64,000 nucleotides of DNA from Phoronis australis (taxonomy: Eukaryota > Animalia > Phoronida): NCBI GenBank assembly GCA_002633005.1, contig NMRA01000855.1, positions 1 through 64,000 on the forward strand. Direction: 5' to 3'. A program made the position numbers and the translations under genes. Below the pieces are notes generated by a model. It did no database searches. It was not told the origin of the DNA and was given only the letters and a program-made list of their open reading frames with translations. Below, one piece after another: positions 1 to 12,098 of the stretch; position 1 is the stretch's first letter, and each line of letters begins with the position of its first letter.

Positions 1-239
1 CAAGGCTAAGTACCGACATAACGGCAAGGCTCGTGGTCTACAAATTCAGCGCACAATGATTTTTTTCAGGACTGTCAGACATCATTGATAAATTGAAGAC
101 GTTATTGTAGAATTTTAGGACTGCAGGCAACGCATTTTTTGCACGTACACGTTCAAGGACTGGGCGCTTATTTAAGCAAAGTCTGAAAACGTGTGGGGGA
201 CGCTTATAGGGGCATGGGCGGTTATTACGGCGAATACGG
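1..239 (+). mobile_element. 3' part of a ~1.39 kb Tc2/pogo-like MITE (truncated by window edge)
   Basis: Ends in GGGCGGTTATTACGGCGAATACGG followed by TA; near-identical to the 3' end of the copy at 5307-6697 and to the inverted copy at 44453-45833. Confidence 0.85.
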
Positions 240-1876
240 TAATTGTGAATCCATCCCTGAATTTTCCAGATTACAGCTACACCAAACATCAAAGAAAACT
301 ACACGTGCCATTAGTTCAAGTTCAATCTTTATTAGAACTCAAATCATAAAATACATACTAAAAGCGCCAATATGGTGATAGCCAAACTGAGGATTTGGAG
401 CCTCTGGAAGAGTTTTGGTTACAGTAACTACATAACTATTCAAACTTTTCCTCAGTCATAAAAAATGAAATCACAGCTCTTGCCCACGGACCAACCTCAT
501 CCGACTGTTGACACTCTCTTGTTGATTACAAAGCTAGCCATCTTAGTTGTCTTCACAGGTGTTCCATAACAACTACAAGCTGACTATCGAAATTGGCGCA
601 TTTCCACAATATCAGTTGTCCGGTTAGTGTATTACTCCTCGAGTAACGTAGTTCGGCAAGCCCTGGACCATACGCGATGTTTTAAAAGTTATTGACATCT
701 GATTTAGTCACTGTGTGTTGTTTATAGATGTTTCAAAGTAGCTTAGTTGTATCTTAAAAGAATAATCAACGTGATATGTTAACTCTGATAGCATTTGTAA
801 ATCCACCGGGTATATCAATACGCACAGCCACTTATCTTCAATCGTAGTTTTTAGCTTAATAGTTCATCGATTTTAATAAATCAAAAACCAAACTTGGTTG
901 TTTCTTCCATCTGAATTCTGCTGTGGTATTTGTTTCTAATGAAAGCCGTTGCTTAAAGTATTTTGAAAATTCGCCAGTATGTAGAGGCAGAGGTGTTTAC
1001 TACAGTTTATGGTCGGGTATTTACACTTAATTGGGTCTTGCTCACACCGGACAATGTGGTCATCGCAACTGAGTCCGACTCTGGCGAGGCGCTGTCTTTG
1101 ATCCTGGTAATAGCCGCTCAGAAGGACGAGCGGTGAAGTCCGGCATAGCTTTAGAAATGCGTGACTTTCGTGTAATTGTATTATTCACGGCGTGGCTAAT
1201 GCTGTTCCCATATGAAATTTGTATTTATTTCCAGGCAAATCATATGTCACTAGAGTTACTAGAAGCTACATTGTCCAGTTCACTGACACTGTGGCAATTA
1301 CCCACAGGCGCGTGAAACAGTGTTCTTAACCTCTGAATTCGACCACTTACCCCTTTAAAACTGGCTTTGACACCGTGTTCCCTTACTCAGCAGAGATACG
1401 TCTGGACTCTCAGTTTCACGTCGAAAGTAACAAGCCAAGAAACCATCTCTAATGTGAGTAAGGTGCAAGTCAAAGACCAGTTTTGCACATTAGAAGCAGG
1501 CGGCTTCATTCGATTTGCACATGAGTGAACAGTGGGCTGCCTTAAAAAAAGACCTTTAGAATCGGTTCTAACACAATGGACTTTCAACACAGTAGTGTTT
1601 ACAACTACATGTCTTTCAGAGTGTGATGTATAAAGACAGCGAACTGAAGTACATTTTGATGAGCAAAAATGCACTTCAAACTTCTTGAAAAAAACATTTG
1701 TGCTTATTGTAGAACATTCCATCCAGAATAAACAAACTATCATAGTCCTATCACAACCCTACTGGATAGATGAAACTGTTGAGGAGATAAGTTTGATTGG
1801 AAAATAAACACAAGAGGTGATAGTATAGCCAAGAGATCAATAAATGGAGGGTACTGACTTCATGTCTGTGGCTTAA

Positions 1877-2374
1877 GGGCCTTTCGTACTAACGTCGACA
1901 CGTCGATGGTTTGGGGAGTTGCGCTCAGTATGAACGCTAAACTCCGATCCTGGATAGCAGTTAACAGCTCCAGTTAACATCGCAGTTAACAGGTGGATTT
2001 AAGACCGCAGTGTCGACGCTGCGGTGCAGTATGAAAGTCTAACTCCGGTCCAATCGCAGTTATCGCCAGGTGCCACTGTTATCCTCAACAGTTACAGAGT
2101 AGAGCTGTCACTAATAACTACTTATTTTTTGCTCTGATAATAACCAATTGATTTAAAAATGAGTTTAATGTCATTTAGCACATTTAAATGTTCCCAAATT
2201 GTCAAATTGAAAAAAATCTTAGCGCTTCCTTGCGATAACTTCGATGACGTCAGCGTCACCAACCCTTTACTTCGATGGTCATCAACTACCGAAGCCAGTA
2301 TGAACGGTCCAGTTAACTGCGCTGTTTACGTCGACGCTGAGCTCAGACCGGAGTTAAGTCAATATGAAAGGGCC
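1877..2374. mobile_element. ~500 bp MITE with Harbinger-like termini
   Basis: Imperfect TIRs GGGCCTTTCGTACT / AATATGAAAGGGCC, flanked by TTAA on both sides; internal repeated AGTATGAA and GTCGAC motifs; no coding capacity. Confidence 0.7.
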
Positions 2375-3043
2375 TTAAGACTAATTTGTTTGCGAAGTGT
2401 AAATTTCTTGATAAAAATGAAGAATAACTAAATATCGAATGGACACAGATCTGTTCTAGTGTGCCCACTCCTCTGCAGGTTGAAAACCCTCTAATCTGTG
2501 AGCAAATGCAGGGCGATGTGGGGTTATCTCAAGGCCGACACATTCACAGGGGAATAAATTTTTTGTAGACAGGATACTTCAAAAATGTGATCGGCTGGAT
2601 ATAAATCATATGCCTTGAGCTCATTCACGGCCTGGGTAAATTCATTACGTTCCAGGGGGTGTAAGGTTGTGACACCAACAGCTAAAGACCTGCATCACTC
2701 GTTAGTGCTCAAATGATGTTCCCACACAAATTAATTTTAGACACTGATGCACCAAACTCCTATGTCTTAGACATAGATCTGCATGCTCTTGCGAAAGAAC
2801 AACAGGAAGTTGGCAACTGTCCTCCCAGCATGCACCTAGCCACATCTTGGTCTGCTCTACAGTTAGGTTCTTTTTAGCATTTTGAGTGGGCACTGACGGG
2901 ATGAGATAAGACCAGAGGTATAAGTCAAAGACCATTCACTCACTCACCACACTGGGATGACATGGTCTGCTTCCCAACACGCAGATACTAGCCGTGTACT
3001 TAAGTCAATCTAAACTTATGCATTTTCAAAAACTTTTTTTCAG

Positions 3044-3123
3044 ATATCCATGTTGAGTGTATGGTCTAGAAGCACCGGTGGTTATAGGGGACAGTTTGCC
3101 TTCAATTCAACCGACATTTAGAG
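3044..3123 (+). other. Candidate non-coding (5' UTR) exon, possibly of gene A
   Basis: Strong acceptor (TTTTTTTCAG) before 3044 and consensus donor (GAG|GTAAGT) after 3123; upstream of the ATG-containing exon, which has its own acceptor at 7266. Linkage to gene A is inferred only. Confidence 0.4.
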
Positions 3124-3424
3124 GTAAGTTGTTTTACATTTATTTTGCTGTTTCCCTACAGTTTTAATACAATTTTTGAATTGTTCTCATTTCTACCAAT
3201 GTCTTCTGGACAAATTTCATAAAACTAATGGTAGCTTGGCATACTAACTTTTACTTAATATATCATCACAATGGTGTACTTAATTTCACTAAAGAAACTA
3301 CAGTAACTTTTTCATGGCAGCATTAGGAAAGCTGTTGTAATTGTATCCTGGCACGCAGCGTTATTCCTGAAACAGAATAATTCACAAATATTTAAAACAC
3401 AACCAGTGCACTACCCGATTTTTG

Positions 3425-3625
3425 CAAAAAGACTGTTTCAGCAAGTAGCTGAGTTATTGTACTCCACAGATCAATTAGACTATAATGCTCTATTTCATCA
3501 TTTAAAGTTTGCTCAGGAGAAATTTCAAAAAGACTGTTTCAGCAAGTAGCCTAGTCATAGTACTCCACCAATACCTTAGACTATAATGCTCTATTTCACC
3601 ATTTAAAGTTTGTTCAGCAGAAATC
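3425..3625. repeat. Direct tandem duplication, 2 x ~101 bp
   Basis: CAAAAAGACTGTTTCAGCAAGTAGC...TTAGACTATAATGCTCTATTTCA..ATTTAAAGTTTG begins at 3425 and again at 3526. Confidence 0.85.
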
Positions 3626-3697
3626 TAAGCACAGATTGTGGCATATGTGCACACACACATATATATGTAATTTATTTTTTTACGAAGCTGTGCTTAT

Positions 3698-4050
3698 CAG
3701 GGCTTGGAATGACCAATGACAAAAAACGCGGAAACTTTGAAACTTTTACGGCCCAAATCATGCCCGATAACCAGCCTTGGAATGGTCAATGTGAACCTTT
3801 CCCCAACAAAAATCGGNCAACGCTGTCCCAGGTGCCCCGGCAATGCTGACAATTTACGTTCCTCCGAAACATAAAGAGCAACTTCCGCTTTTCGAGGTGA
3901 ACGTCGTCTGCAACACCGCGGTAAGAAAGGAATTTGCCGCGGAAATTTTATATCAAATCCGATTTTTTTACGCGGAAATATTATAAAAAAGCGGAAAGCA
4001 CATTTGAAAAAAGCGGAAATCCGCGTCTCCGCGGAAAATTCCAAGCCCTG
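3698..4050. mobile_element. hAT-like MITE (~350 bp)
   Basis: 13-bp TIR CAGGGCTTGGAAT / ATTCCAAGCCCTG; multiple subterminal GCGGAAA repeats; CAGGG terminus is typical of hAT elements. No clean 8-bp TSD is visible. Confidence 0.7.
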
Positions 4051-5306
4051 GGTTATGTTTGACAACGTATCAATTAGAAGTGCAAAGACGCACAGAAAAC
4101 ATCAGATTGTTGGACACACATATTCAAAGAATGTTGCATGTGTCTATCAACGAAAAATACATTATTTCGGATATACCATAGGTGCATTGCATGAAATACT
4201 TCATCATATGACATCTACATCATTCTTTACATAAACTCTGAGGCACAATATATTGGAAGAATATATTATAAGTAACATAACATGAGCAGCCTCCTTAGCG
4301 GATCCTTTTTATTAACATTACCATGTATTTTGTATGTGGGTTCTTCAACATACTTAGCTAATTCCACCTGTTAAAGCCTTGCGTATGACAGTTATGTCAT
4401 CAATTATTAACCTCCATTTCAATCTGATGAATAGTGGCCTCACATATCCTTTGGTAGTCATCTGATCTATAAGGAAAGACAGGCATCTAACATAAGGAAA
4501 CTTTTAGCTGTCTTCTTAAATTTTAGTAGGCGAAAGTTCTGCCGTTGCACTAATTCTTAATACTGTAATTACAGTAAAAATTCTCCAGTTTGGTAGTCTT
4601 TAACTCTCAAGCGTTTTTCTGAGATGTTGATACTTTTGATATTCTTCTTAGTAACGAAAGTAAAATTCTATTATGGTAAGGAATAATATGAGACCGATTT
4701 TATAAGAGTAAAAAGACTAATTCAAAATTCCTTATTTAGTCAGGTGCAGTTAGGGCAGTTCTAACAAAGGCAAGTGTGTGTCTGCATGTTGCCACATTGC
4801 TGCGTTTTGATGCCAACGACAGTTCGCACTTGTGAAGCTGTATTTTCAAGGAATAGATGAGTTTCCATACTGTTCGACACAATTGTTGATGTTAATGGTG
4901 ACAATGTTCGCATTAAGCATCCACGTTTTATGGCATAAATTATAACACTACCAAAAGTCTACATAACTCCATGTTTCCTTCATTTCAATACTTTTATTAT
5001 AGTTCATCACAGGCAAATCATTACTATCACATACTAGATAGAAAAATTTTTAATTTTAGTGAAATTACTTAAAATGTTAAAACTTCCAGCAGTCGCTTAG
5101 GTGAGTGCAATGAGTAAGGTAAACCGGAGATGCCAGCTGACTTAATCTCTGTGAAATCAGTTTAATAACCATAGATTATGAAACAAAAACCTGTTCCTAT
5201 TAGGAAAATAATTTCACAATTTGATCCTCACTGTCTGGAAACACCTCTTTCTAACCACTTATTTTTCTAGAATTTCAATAAATATGGTTTCGAACTAGAG
5301 AATATA

Positions 5307-6697
5307 CCGTAATCGCCGTAATAACCGCCCAGGGCGCTTAGAAAAGTTCTGTTCAGGGGGCGCTTATTATAAACCCAAGCCATTGAAACCCGGTCTCTGA
5401 AACGGGTCAAATCGGAAGCTAAGATTCATCAAATTTACGATCTGTGACGTATCTGTATTCCATGAATGACTTCCAACAAAACTGTGGTGCATTGCTATCA
5501 AACTTTGCTGCAAAACTACTATCATTTTATAGAAAATTGTGCTGAAATTCCAGGGCGAAAACTCGCCGACAAACTGCCTCAAAATCGCCGTCTTCGATAT
5601 GGCGACATCAATGCTTGAATAAAAATAGTTTCGACTCGAGCAAATTACCTGAAATCCTCATTAAGTTTTCTAAGTAGCTTCCCTAAGATTTTTTTTTTTT
5701 AAGTTTCCGTGGAGTCGGGATCACAAATCTGCTGATATCGTGCCATCTATATGTATGACTGGCAACATGAAAAAAATGTCTGAAGGAATGTGTGTTCTTG
5801 TCACGTGACGTTTCTTTTTGAAGTTGTCTGCATTTGTGAGTAAGCGAGTTCATTTGCCAGAGCAGAGACCGTCTTTTGGCCAGAGCCACGCATTCTAACG
5901 AGCTAGATGTGCAATGTATCTGAAGAAATTTGCACAAGCAGTAGGCCTAAACCAGAGCGTGTTTCATTCAGCACTTGCCGGTCTCATGTGCTAAAAACGT
6001 TCGACATTTGTCTCGGTAAGGCCCATATTAGTCGCCGTGTAGCTGGATGCGTACGTAACTATCTGACAGTTATTTTGCGGTGTAAGGGTGTGTAAGCATT
6101 GACTGTCAGTTGTCATCTGATCGGATATTCGGCTTAAAAACACCAATTATGGTTAATCAAACAATCCATCTAAAAAATAACGCAAACGTGTTTTATAGTA
6201 TTAGAAATTGTCGGAAATTAGTGCCAATATTCATTTCTTAACGATGCTATGCTACCCGTTTCATGAATGGATAGTTCCCGACTAATGCCTTTGATGACAG
6301 GTTCATATGTAGCGCGCGCTTTCTGGCCACGTGCGTTTAACACCGACTTATCTTTATTTATGAGACAGTCGATGTGTCTACTGAAAGGTCAAACCATAGT
6401 GGGACACGGTCGTCGCGAGACTAGCAATGCTATTGCGTTCTTTATGAAGCGCTGCGTTACCTTGAAGTGTATAGTCACGGCTAAATACAAACGTAGCAGT
6501 GCCGCTGGTGGTCTAGAAGACCCGTGCGGAAATTTTTCGATAAACTGAAGACGTTACTGTAGCCGAGTTTTAGGACTGTAGGTACGTCATTTTTCGCATG
6601 TACACGTTCATGGACTGGGCGCTTATTTCAGCTAAGTGTTAAAACGCGTGGGGGGGGGCGCTTATAGGGGCATGGGCGGTTCTTACGGTGAATACGG
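5307..6697 (+). mobile_element. Full-length ~1.39 kb Tc2/pogo-like MITE
   Basis: TIRs CCGTAATCGCCGTAATAACCGCCC / GGGCGGTTCTTACGGTGAATACGG; TA on the left (CA on the right); three copies in the window. Confidence 0.88.
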
Positions 6698-7280
6698 CAA
6701 GGCGTTTATAATGATGCAAAATTTAGACAATCGTGAGCAAAAAACTCAAGAGGCAATAAGAATCAAAGTCAAACTTTCTCCTAGGCCTTAGCAGGAACTG
6801 TCAAGCTGGACTATAAGTTACCTTTTTTTCTGGTGCGACACGACACCAAGAGAACTGATTTCAAGGATCACCTGAAGGGGTCAAATTTTTCAACAAATTC
6901 AGCATTCAAGAAGCCAGTTGTCTTGACAACATGAGGAATATCGCGAATTTAAGCTACATTTTGCCCCGTTTAGCTGGTTTTGAGATGAAAATCGAATTGG
7001 TCTTTTTACTCTCAAAAAACCGGTCTTGTAATATACCTTTCCATGATAAAATTCTCTTTCCATTACCTACAACAACATCGTGACTGAAGAAAACACTTAA
7101 GGGTTTATTGGGGTTGGCCAACCCTTAAACTGGAAATTTGAAAATGGCGCATTAGCACATTTCCTGCGACTTGGGCAGGTAATGGAAATGGCATCTTTAC
7201 AGCTTTAAGTTTCATTATTAATGTCCAGTTTATGGTAGTTTCTGTCAATATCACATTTCATTGCAGACATCACAAAGAAG

Positions 7281-7410
7281 ATGAAAATGAGGCTAAGCGA
7301 GGTTTGCTTTGTGCTATTTGTGGTCCTGGGATGTATATCAGCCTACACACTACGAGACTTGTTTCAAGCTCTTGAAGACAAAGAGAACGAAAAGAAAAGC
7401 CAAGCAGAAG
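7281..7410 (+). CDS. Gene A coding exon 1: signal peptide and start of propeptide of a putative neuropeptide precursor
   Basis: Acceptor TTTCATTGCAG ends at 7266; ATG at 7281; MKMRLSEVCFVLFVVLGCISA-YTLRDLFQALEDKENEKKSQAE has a basic N-region, hydrophobic core and small-residue cleavage site; donor AAG|GTAATT after 7410 (phase 1). Confidence 0.85.
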
Positions 7411-8309
7411 GTAATTGTAACAGAAGTCTGAGACCCTCCAAGCATTTACCAAACGTTCCTTGACTGGATTCAACATATGGTGTACCAGCTGCATTGGAAA
7501 TTTTGTAATGCTCATCACACTAATAGTTACTTCTATGATTATTTTTGTACAATAGTGAAGTAAGGTTACGTAGGGCCACATCGACACGTCTGTGTATTTA
7601 TCCAAATACCTGTAAAAATATAGATTTCAAGTTAGTAAACGTACAGTATGTACATTTTGAAAGTAGAAAGCCTGTACAATTTGATTTTCAATTTTACAGC
7701 AATCTCCCATTAATTGGGCCACTTCACCAAGCCTTTTAAATAAAATTAAGCAAAGAAAGAAATGTACATGTGTAACAAATTAACGGTAACAAAAACATAA
7801 CCAAATCTGGTTTGATATAAATGTCCAAGATAGTATCTTGAAAAAGCTGTTACAGTTTTCAAAATTATTTCGTTTTCCTTTCATACAACTCTGGATTTTT
7901 TCAGAAAATTCATAAAAATCACATCTATTAATAGATGCTCAAGCAAAACTGAAACACTTGGAAATTGTTTTATAAAACAGTGCATGAAGCCAAGTACATG
8001 AAGGTTTCCTGTGAATTCAATAGACCATTTATGAGTTGTGATATTAGCATTGGATACTTTCCCATGATCCTACAACACCTTCAAAAAAAAATCTTATAAC
8101 TGAATCCCATCACTAAGCTGCTCCTTTTGAAAACTCGTTTTCACTAACAGAAATGTAATGATTATGGAAGATGTAACTAACAGTAACATGTATTTACCTT
8201 CACACCAAAAGGTAAGTTGAATCAATCAATCAAGCAAATACTTAGAAGTTCAACAAGTGTACAAGTGCTTGAAAACTTTCAGCCACTGCTCTTCATTTTG
8301 TACTTTCAG

Positions 8310-8809
8310 CCGAGGTCAAGAAAGACACTATTCCAGAACAATCAAATGTTAGTGGTAAGAATGACAATAGAGAAAAAGAACTTCTAGAAAAATTGTTGAA
8401 GTTACTTGAAGACAGGAAGAAGGCAAAACAAGTTCTGATCAACAACAATGACTTGAAGAAAACTGTGACTGAGAAAAAGACAGTGACGCAACAGAAAGCG
8501 CTTAACAACAGGGACCAGTACTTTTCACCAAGTCAGGACGTTCCGCAAGTCCGAAATTTTGGGTACTACCCGTGGAAGTTAAGACCTCAAGGCGTACCCC
8601 AAAAAGGATCGAATTTACAGCAGAAGCGAAATTGGGGAAAGTATGGGCGTGAGCTGCAGAACCTGAAAAGTAATGCGAACAGGGCATTCGGACCATCTGG
8701 CCTGGACTATAATCAAAGATATATAGACGCATATGACAGAGATTATATAAGAAAGATGATTTATGAAGAAATAGAGAGATTGTTCTTTAGATCTAAGGAT
8801 CGGCAATAG
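8310..8809 (+). CDS. Gene A coding exon 2 (terminal): peptide-bearing region of a putative neuropeptide precursor
   Basis: Acceptor TACTTTCAG ends at 8309; phase-1 join is in frame with ORF 8393-8809; encodes R-NFGYYPW-K, KR-NWGKY-G-R, R-AFGPSG and C-terminal DYIRKMIYEEIERLFFRSKDRQ*; spliced product 209 aa; paralogous to exon 49671-50104. Confidence 0.88.
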
Positions 8810-8834
8810 AGAGTATTACACAGCTAAGAATTGA

Positions 8835-8840
8835 ATTAAA
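8835..8840 (+). terminator. Candidate polyadenylation signal (ATTAAA) for gene A
   Basis: ATTAAA ~25 nt after the stop, followed by a T-rich tract near 8865; AT-rich context makes chance occurrence plausible. Confidence 0.3.
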
Positions 8841-10819
8841 ATCGACAATCAAAATACAAAAATTATTTTTGTAATTTCAAAAGCTAAGTTCTTTCAAGAC
8901 CATAGCGAATTGGACACAGTCCAGTACTTTTGGAATTAATGTATTTTTCTTTACAAGCTTGGCTTTGAGGCATGTTTCCATTTTATATGCTTTAGCCAGA
9001 TCTCAGAGATGTCTGCTGTTTAACAGATCAAACTAAGAGCAGGCAGCTTTATGTCGAAACCTGACTTTCCGGAGGTCAACTTTATCAGAGGATGCATGAA
9101 AAACAGTACAATGTAGATATGTTCAAAGTGATCCATTCAGGATGTGAGGCTTGATCACTGTTTCACACTTTCGCCATAGAAATGTATGAGTGCAGAGGTC
9201 AGACGTCAAGGCAATGAACTAGACAGGTAGTAAGATTTTTTTAACTGAACATTATATAGAGTCAGTCATCGATTATCTTAAAGCAGAAAAGCCCATGTAT
9301 TAGGTAGACCGGTAAGTCTCCCAATTCTTACATTATACCTGGTGTTGGGTAGAAGTCACGTACAGGGGTCCAGCACTTGAAAAACAGTTTTCTCTGAATT
9401 AAGTAGGTACCAAACTGGTTCTCAAAATGCAGACACCTGTGAGTGACTTGTTGCCAACTGTTGTATATTTCTGACTCATGGGCGTGTACTCTCCTCAGAA
9501 ACCTTTTTGGTGATTCCTAGATTTAAGAACAATTAATGAGTATTTTTCAGTTATTTTGCACAAAATAATTCCCTACTGACCAGTTCTTCAAAGAGCAGCC
9601 GTGATACAACAGGTGCACGCATCAAGCCAGTTTTGGAGGTACAGCAATTCTTCAAGTGTTTAGCACATACTATGGCCAGCAAGTGAAATTCTATTTTGTC
9701 AAATTTCTCCACGGAAATCGTGGTTTGTACTGTAACTGGTGGTGAATTTCCAATATTTTCAGCGCGACCAGCCTTTGAAGATTGGAAAAATGGCAATGTT
9801 GGCAAATATTTTTGTGGGGAAAGAGAGGAGAATTACCAATTCATAACATACATCAAGTTGTATCCACACTTAACTCTACCAGATTGCCATGGTGTTAGAT
9901 TTTAATGGTGCCATATTAGTCAGAACTTTGATGTTCCACTAAGGCTCATGTGTATTACCGTAAACATTCGGGTTAACGCCCTGGGTGGTTGAATTGGCAA
10001 ACCCAAAAAATCGGGGGTGGGCGGTTAACCAGACATGGGCGCTTAAAAGTGAAATTTCAAGAAATCCAGAGTGGATGGTTAACGGAACATGGGCGCTTAT
10101 TACGACACGCAACCGCCCTGGGCGGTTAATCTTACCTCGTGATCTATGTCCCCGCACCACACAGAAACTCGGAAGGCGTAGCACTGTTCAAAGAGCGCTA
10201 TCGTCATGTCGCCAAATGACGGGAAAAATGTCATAAAACCGGATGATCCCAACAAAGGTTCTGGTGCCCTCAGATTAGTTATTCACAATTAAATTTACAG
10301 AATTGCTGAGTAATAGCCCCGTGCCGTCCTGCGGTCTTGTTACTTTGCCCTGTAGAGTGCAGACGACCAGAGACCTGGCAGCCTCTACGAGGATTGCAAC
10401 TATTTCAAGATCTGACCTTGCTAAAGTGTGCGAGTGCAAGCTTCATGTGCTACAGAGGTCATAACAGACATCAAATTTATGGTTACAGTCTCGTACTAGC
10501 TGTCAAGTTCATAGTCAGAGAGCAGTTTCAAAATTAGTTGTAATAAAAGTTTGAAAAACTTAATTCAGATGTTTTTTTGTGTTTGGGATGTTTATAGTCG
10601 ACACTTTCAGCGTATGGTTCTAGGGCTAGCAGCTTTATCTCGATCGCCCGGCATTGCTCACTTGCCGATGCGCCAAACATGCTCGGCAAAGAAGTAGGCA
10701 TAAGACAAGAATCGGGGTTAAGCGGCCGTGAGCCACTTGTCAAACAGGAATAAAATTTCGAGCCAAGGCATAAATATGTAATAAAACGACACAAAACAGC
10801 GTTTTCAATTCATTCTTAA

Positions 10820-11922
10820 CCCTTTCAACACCGCAGACCGCTTAAGCGGTCTCTGAAACTTACCTCCATTCAACGCTGTGGACCGCTTTATCGGTCTCAC
10901 CATACGCCGAACTTCCAAGCAACAGAATATTTGATTGGTTGATTACGGGAATTCTTTTGTGTACGTCACAAATTTAAATATACCCTTACCTTCATTTCTA
11001 ACAGCTTTTCTGATTCGTTGCTGAGATGTAACGGGAGTTATTGAAGGGGTTTCTAAGAATTGAGATCGACTCGCGAAAACAAAATGTCGGCCGACGGCGA
11101 TTCAGACGTAAGCTTTTCAAATGACGAAATTGGCAAAAATGTGTATGCTTTTTACTTAATTAATATACAAGATAATCCAAAAAGGAATTCTTATATATCT
11201 GGCCAGATTTTGTTAATTATTAAGACAAAGAAGTTGAATTACATGGCTTTGAACCGGAGGAAAACTTTACAGGTCGCGAATTTCGCAATTGGGTCAAACA
11301 AACGCCGTTGAACTCCGACAACTTCGCAAATTTTCTGAAAAATGTGGAGTCTTCTAGAGTGTACGATGGTTCTGATAAGCAAGTTGAGTACTTTAAAAAT
11401 TTCTATATTGATGAAATATTAGGTGAAATTGTCAGGGTAATTAATTTGAACGCCCAAACGAAGCGCGAGTCACAACCGGAAGTGGACAAATTTGAATTGT
11501 TGAATTTAACGTTCGCCTAATTTAAGTCACTTTATGGCCTTCAAATGTAAATAGAAGATGTGAAATATGATCGAAAATGTATCTTAAGAAAGAAATTTTA
11601 CTGAAGAATATTGACGACACTCACTCATAAATCATTTTTATTCTTTAAACGATACATTGAATTTGCAAATTGGCAAACAAACACCGGCATTTCAGGTGTT
11701 ACTTACCTGCATCAGGTGAGAGACTGAGATTTTTTACTTTTGGTGAAATTGTAGATAAAGTTCATTCTGTTCTCTACATTTTGGTGTATTACACTTTGAA
11801 ATTCAATGATAAATGGATTGTTTATGGAATTTTGAAAACAAGCACCTCAGTTCAGCCCATGTGTGCTAAGTTACTTGGGGTTCAGGGACACAATGGCCGA
11901 CAGTTACTTGGAGTTGAAAGGG
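10820..11922 (+). mobile_element. Internally deleted piggyBac element
   Basis: TTAA TSD at 10816-10819 and 11923-11926; TIR CCCTTTCAAC / GTTGAAAGGG; subterminal GACCGCTT..CGGTCTC repeats; transposase remnant inside. Confidence 0.85.
11308..11550 (+). pseudogene. piggyBac transposase N-terminal remnant
   Basis: VEYFKNFYIDEILGEIVRVINLNAQ...LTFA*FKSLYGLQM resembles the piggyBac/PGBD motif F..FF.DEI...IV..TN.YA...T..E.K.F.GL; interrupted by stops; lies within piggyBac TIRs. Confidence 0.7.
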
Positions 11923-12098
11923 TTAAACGATCACCTTACCAAACTTCGTGGTGGAAAAACATTTATTTTTCATGCAAGATGTCCAGATTATCCTATTTAT
12001 ATCAATTGCAATATCACACTGCAGCACTGTTCGGTCCCGCTGTTAGCGACCAATGTCTCAGTTGGCTGACAATCGTGACTTGGAAATGCTTTCAAGTA

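Noticed and set aside
1089-1109. Degenerate REST/RE1 site upstream of gene A
   Set aside because: Only about 15 of 21 positions match, with mismatches in the core left half-site; REST relevance in this invertebrate is unknown.
8624-8650. Assignment of the precursors to NG-peptide/neurophysin, AKH/GnRH or orcokinin families
   Set aside because: Residue order differs from NGxxx-amide and there is no Cys-rich neurophysin; the peptide does not directly follow the signal peptide as in AKH/GnRH; it lacks the orcokinin DEID core.
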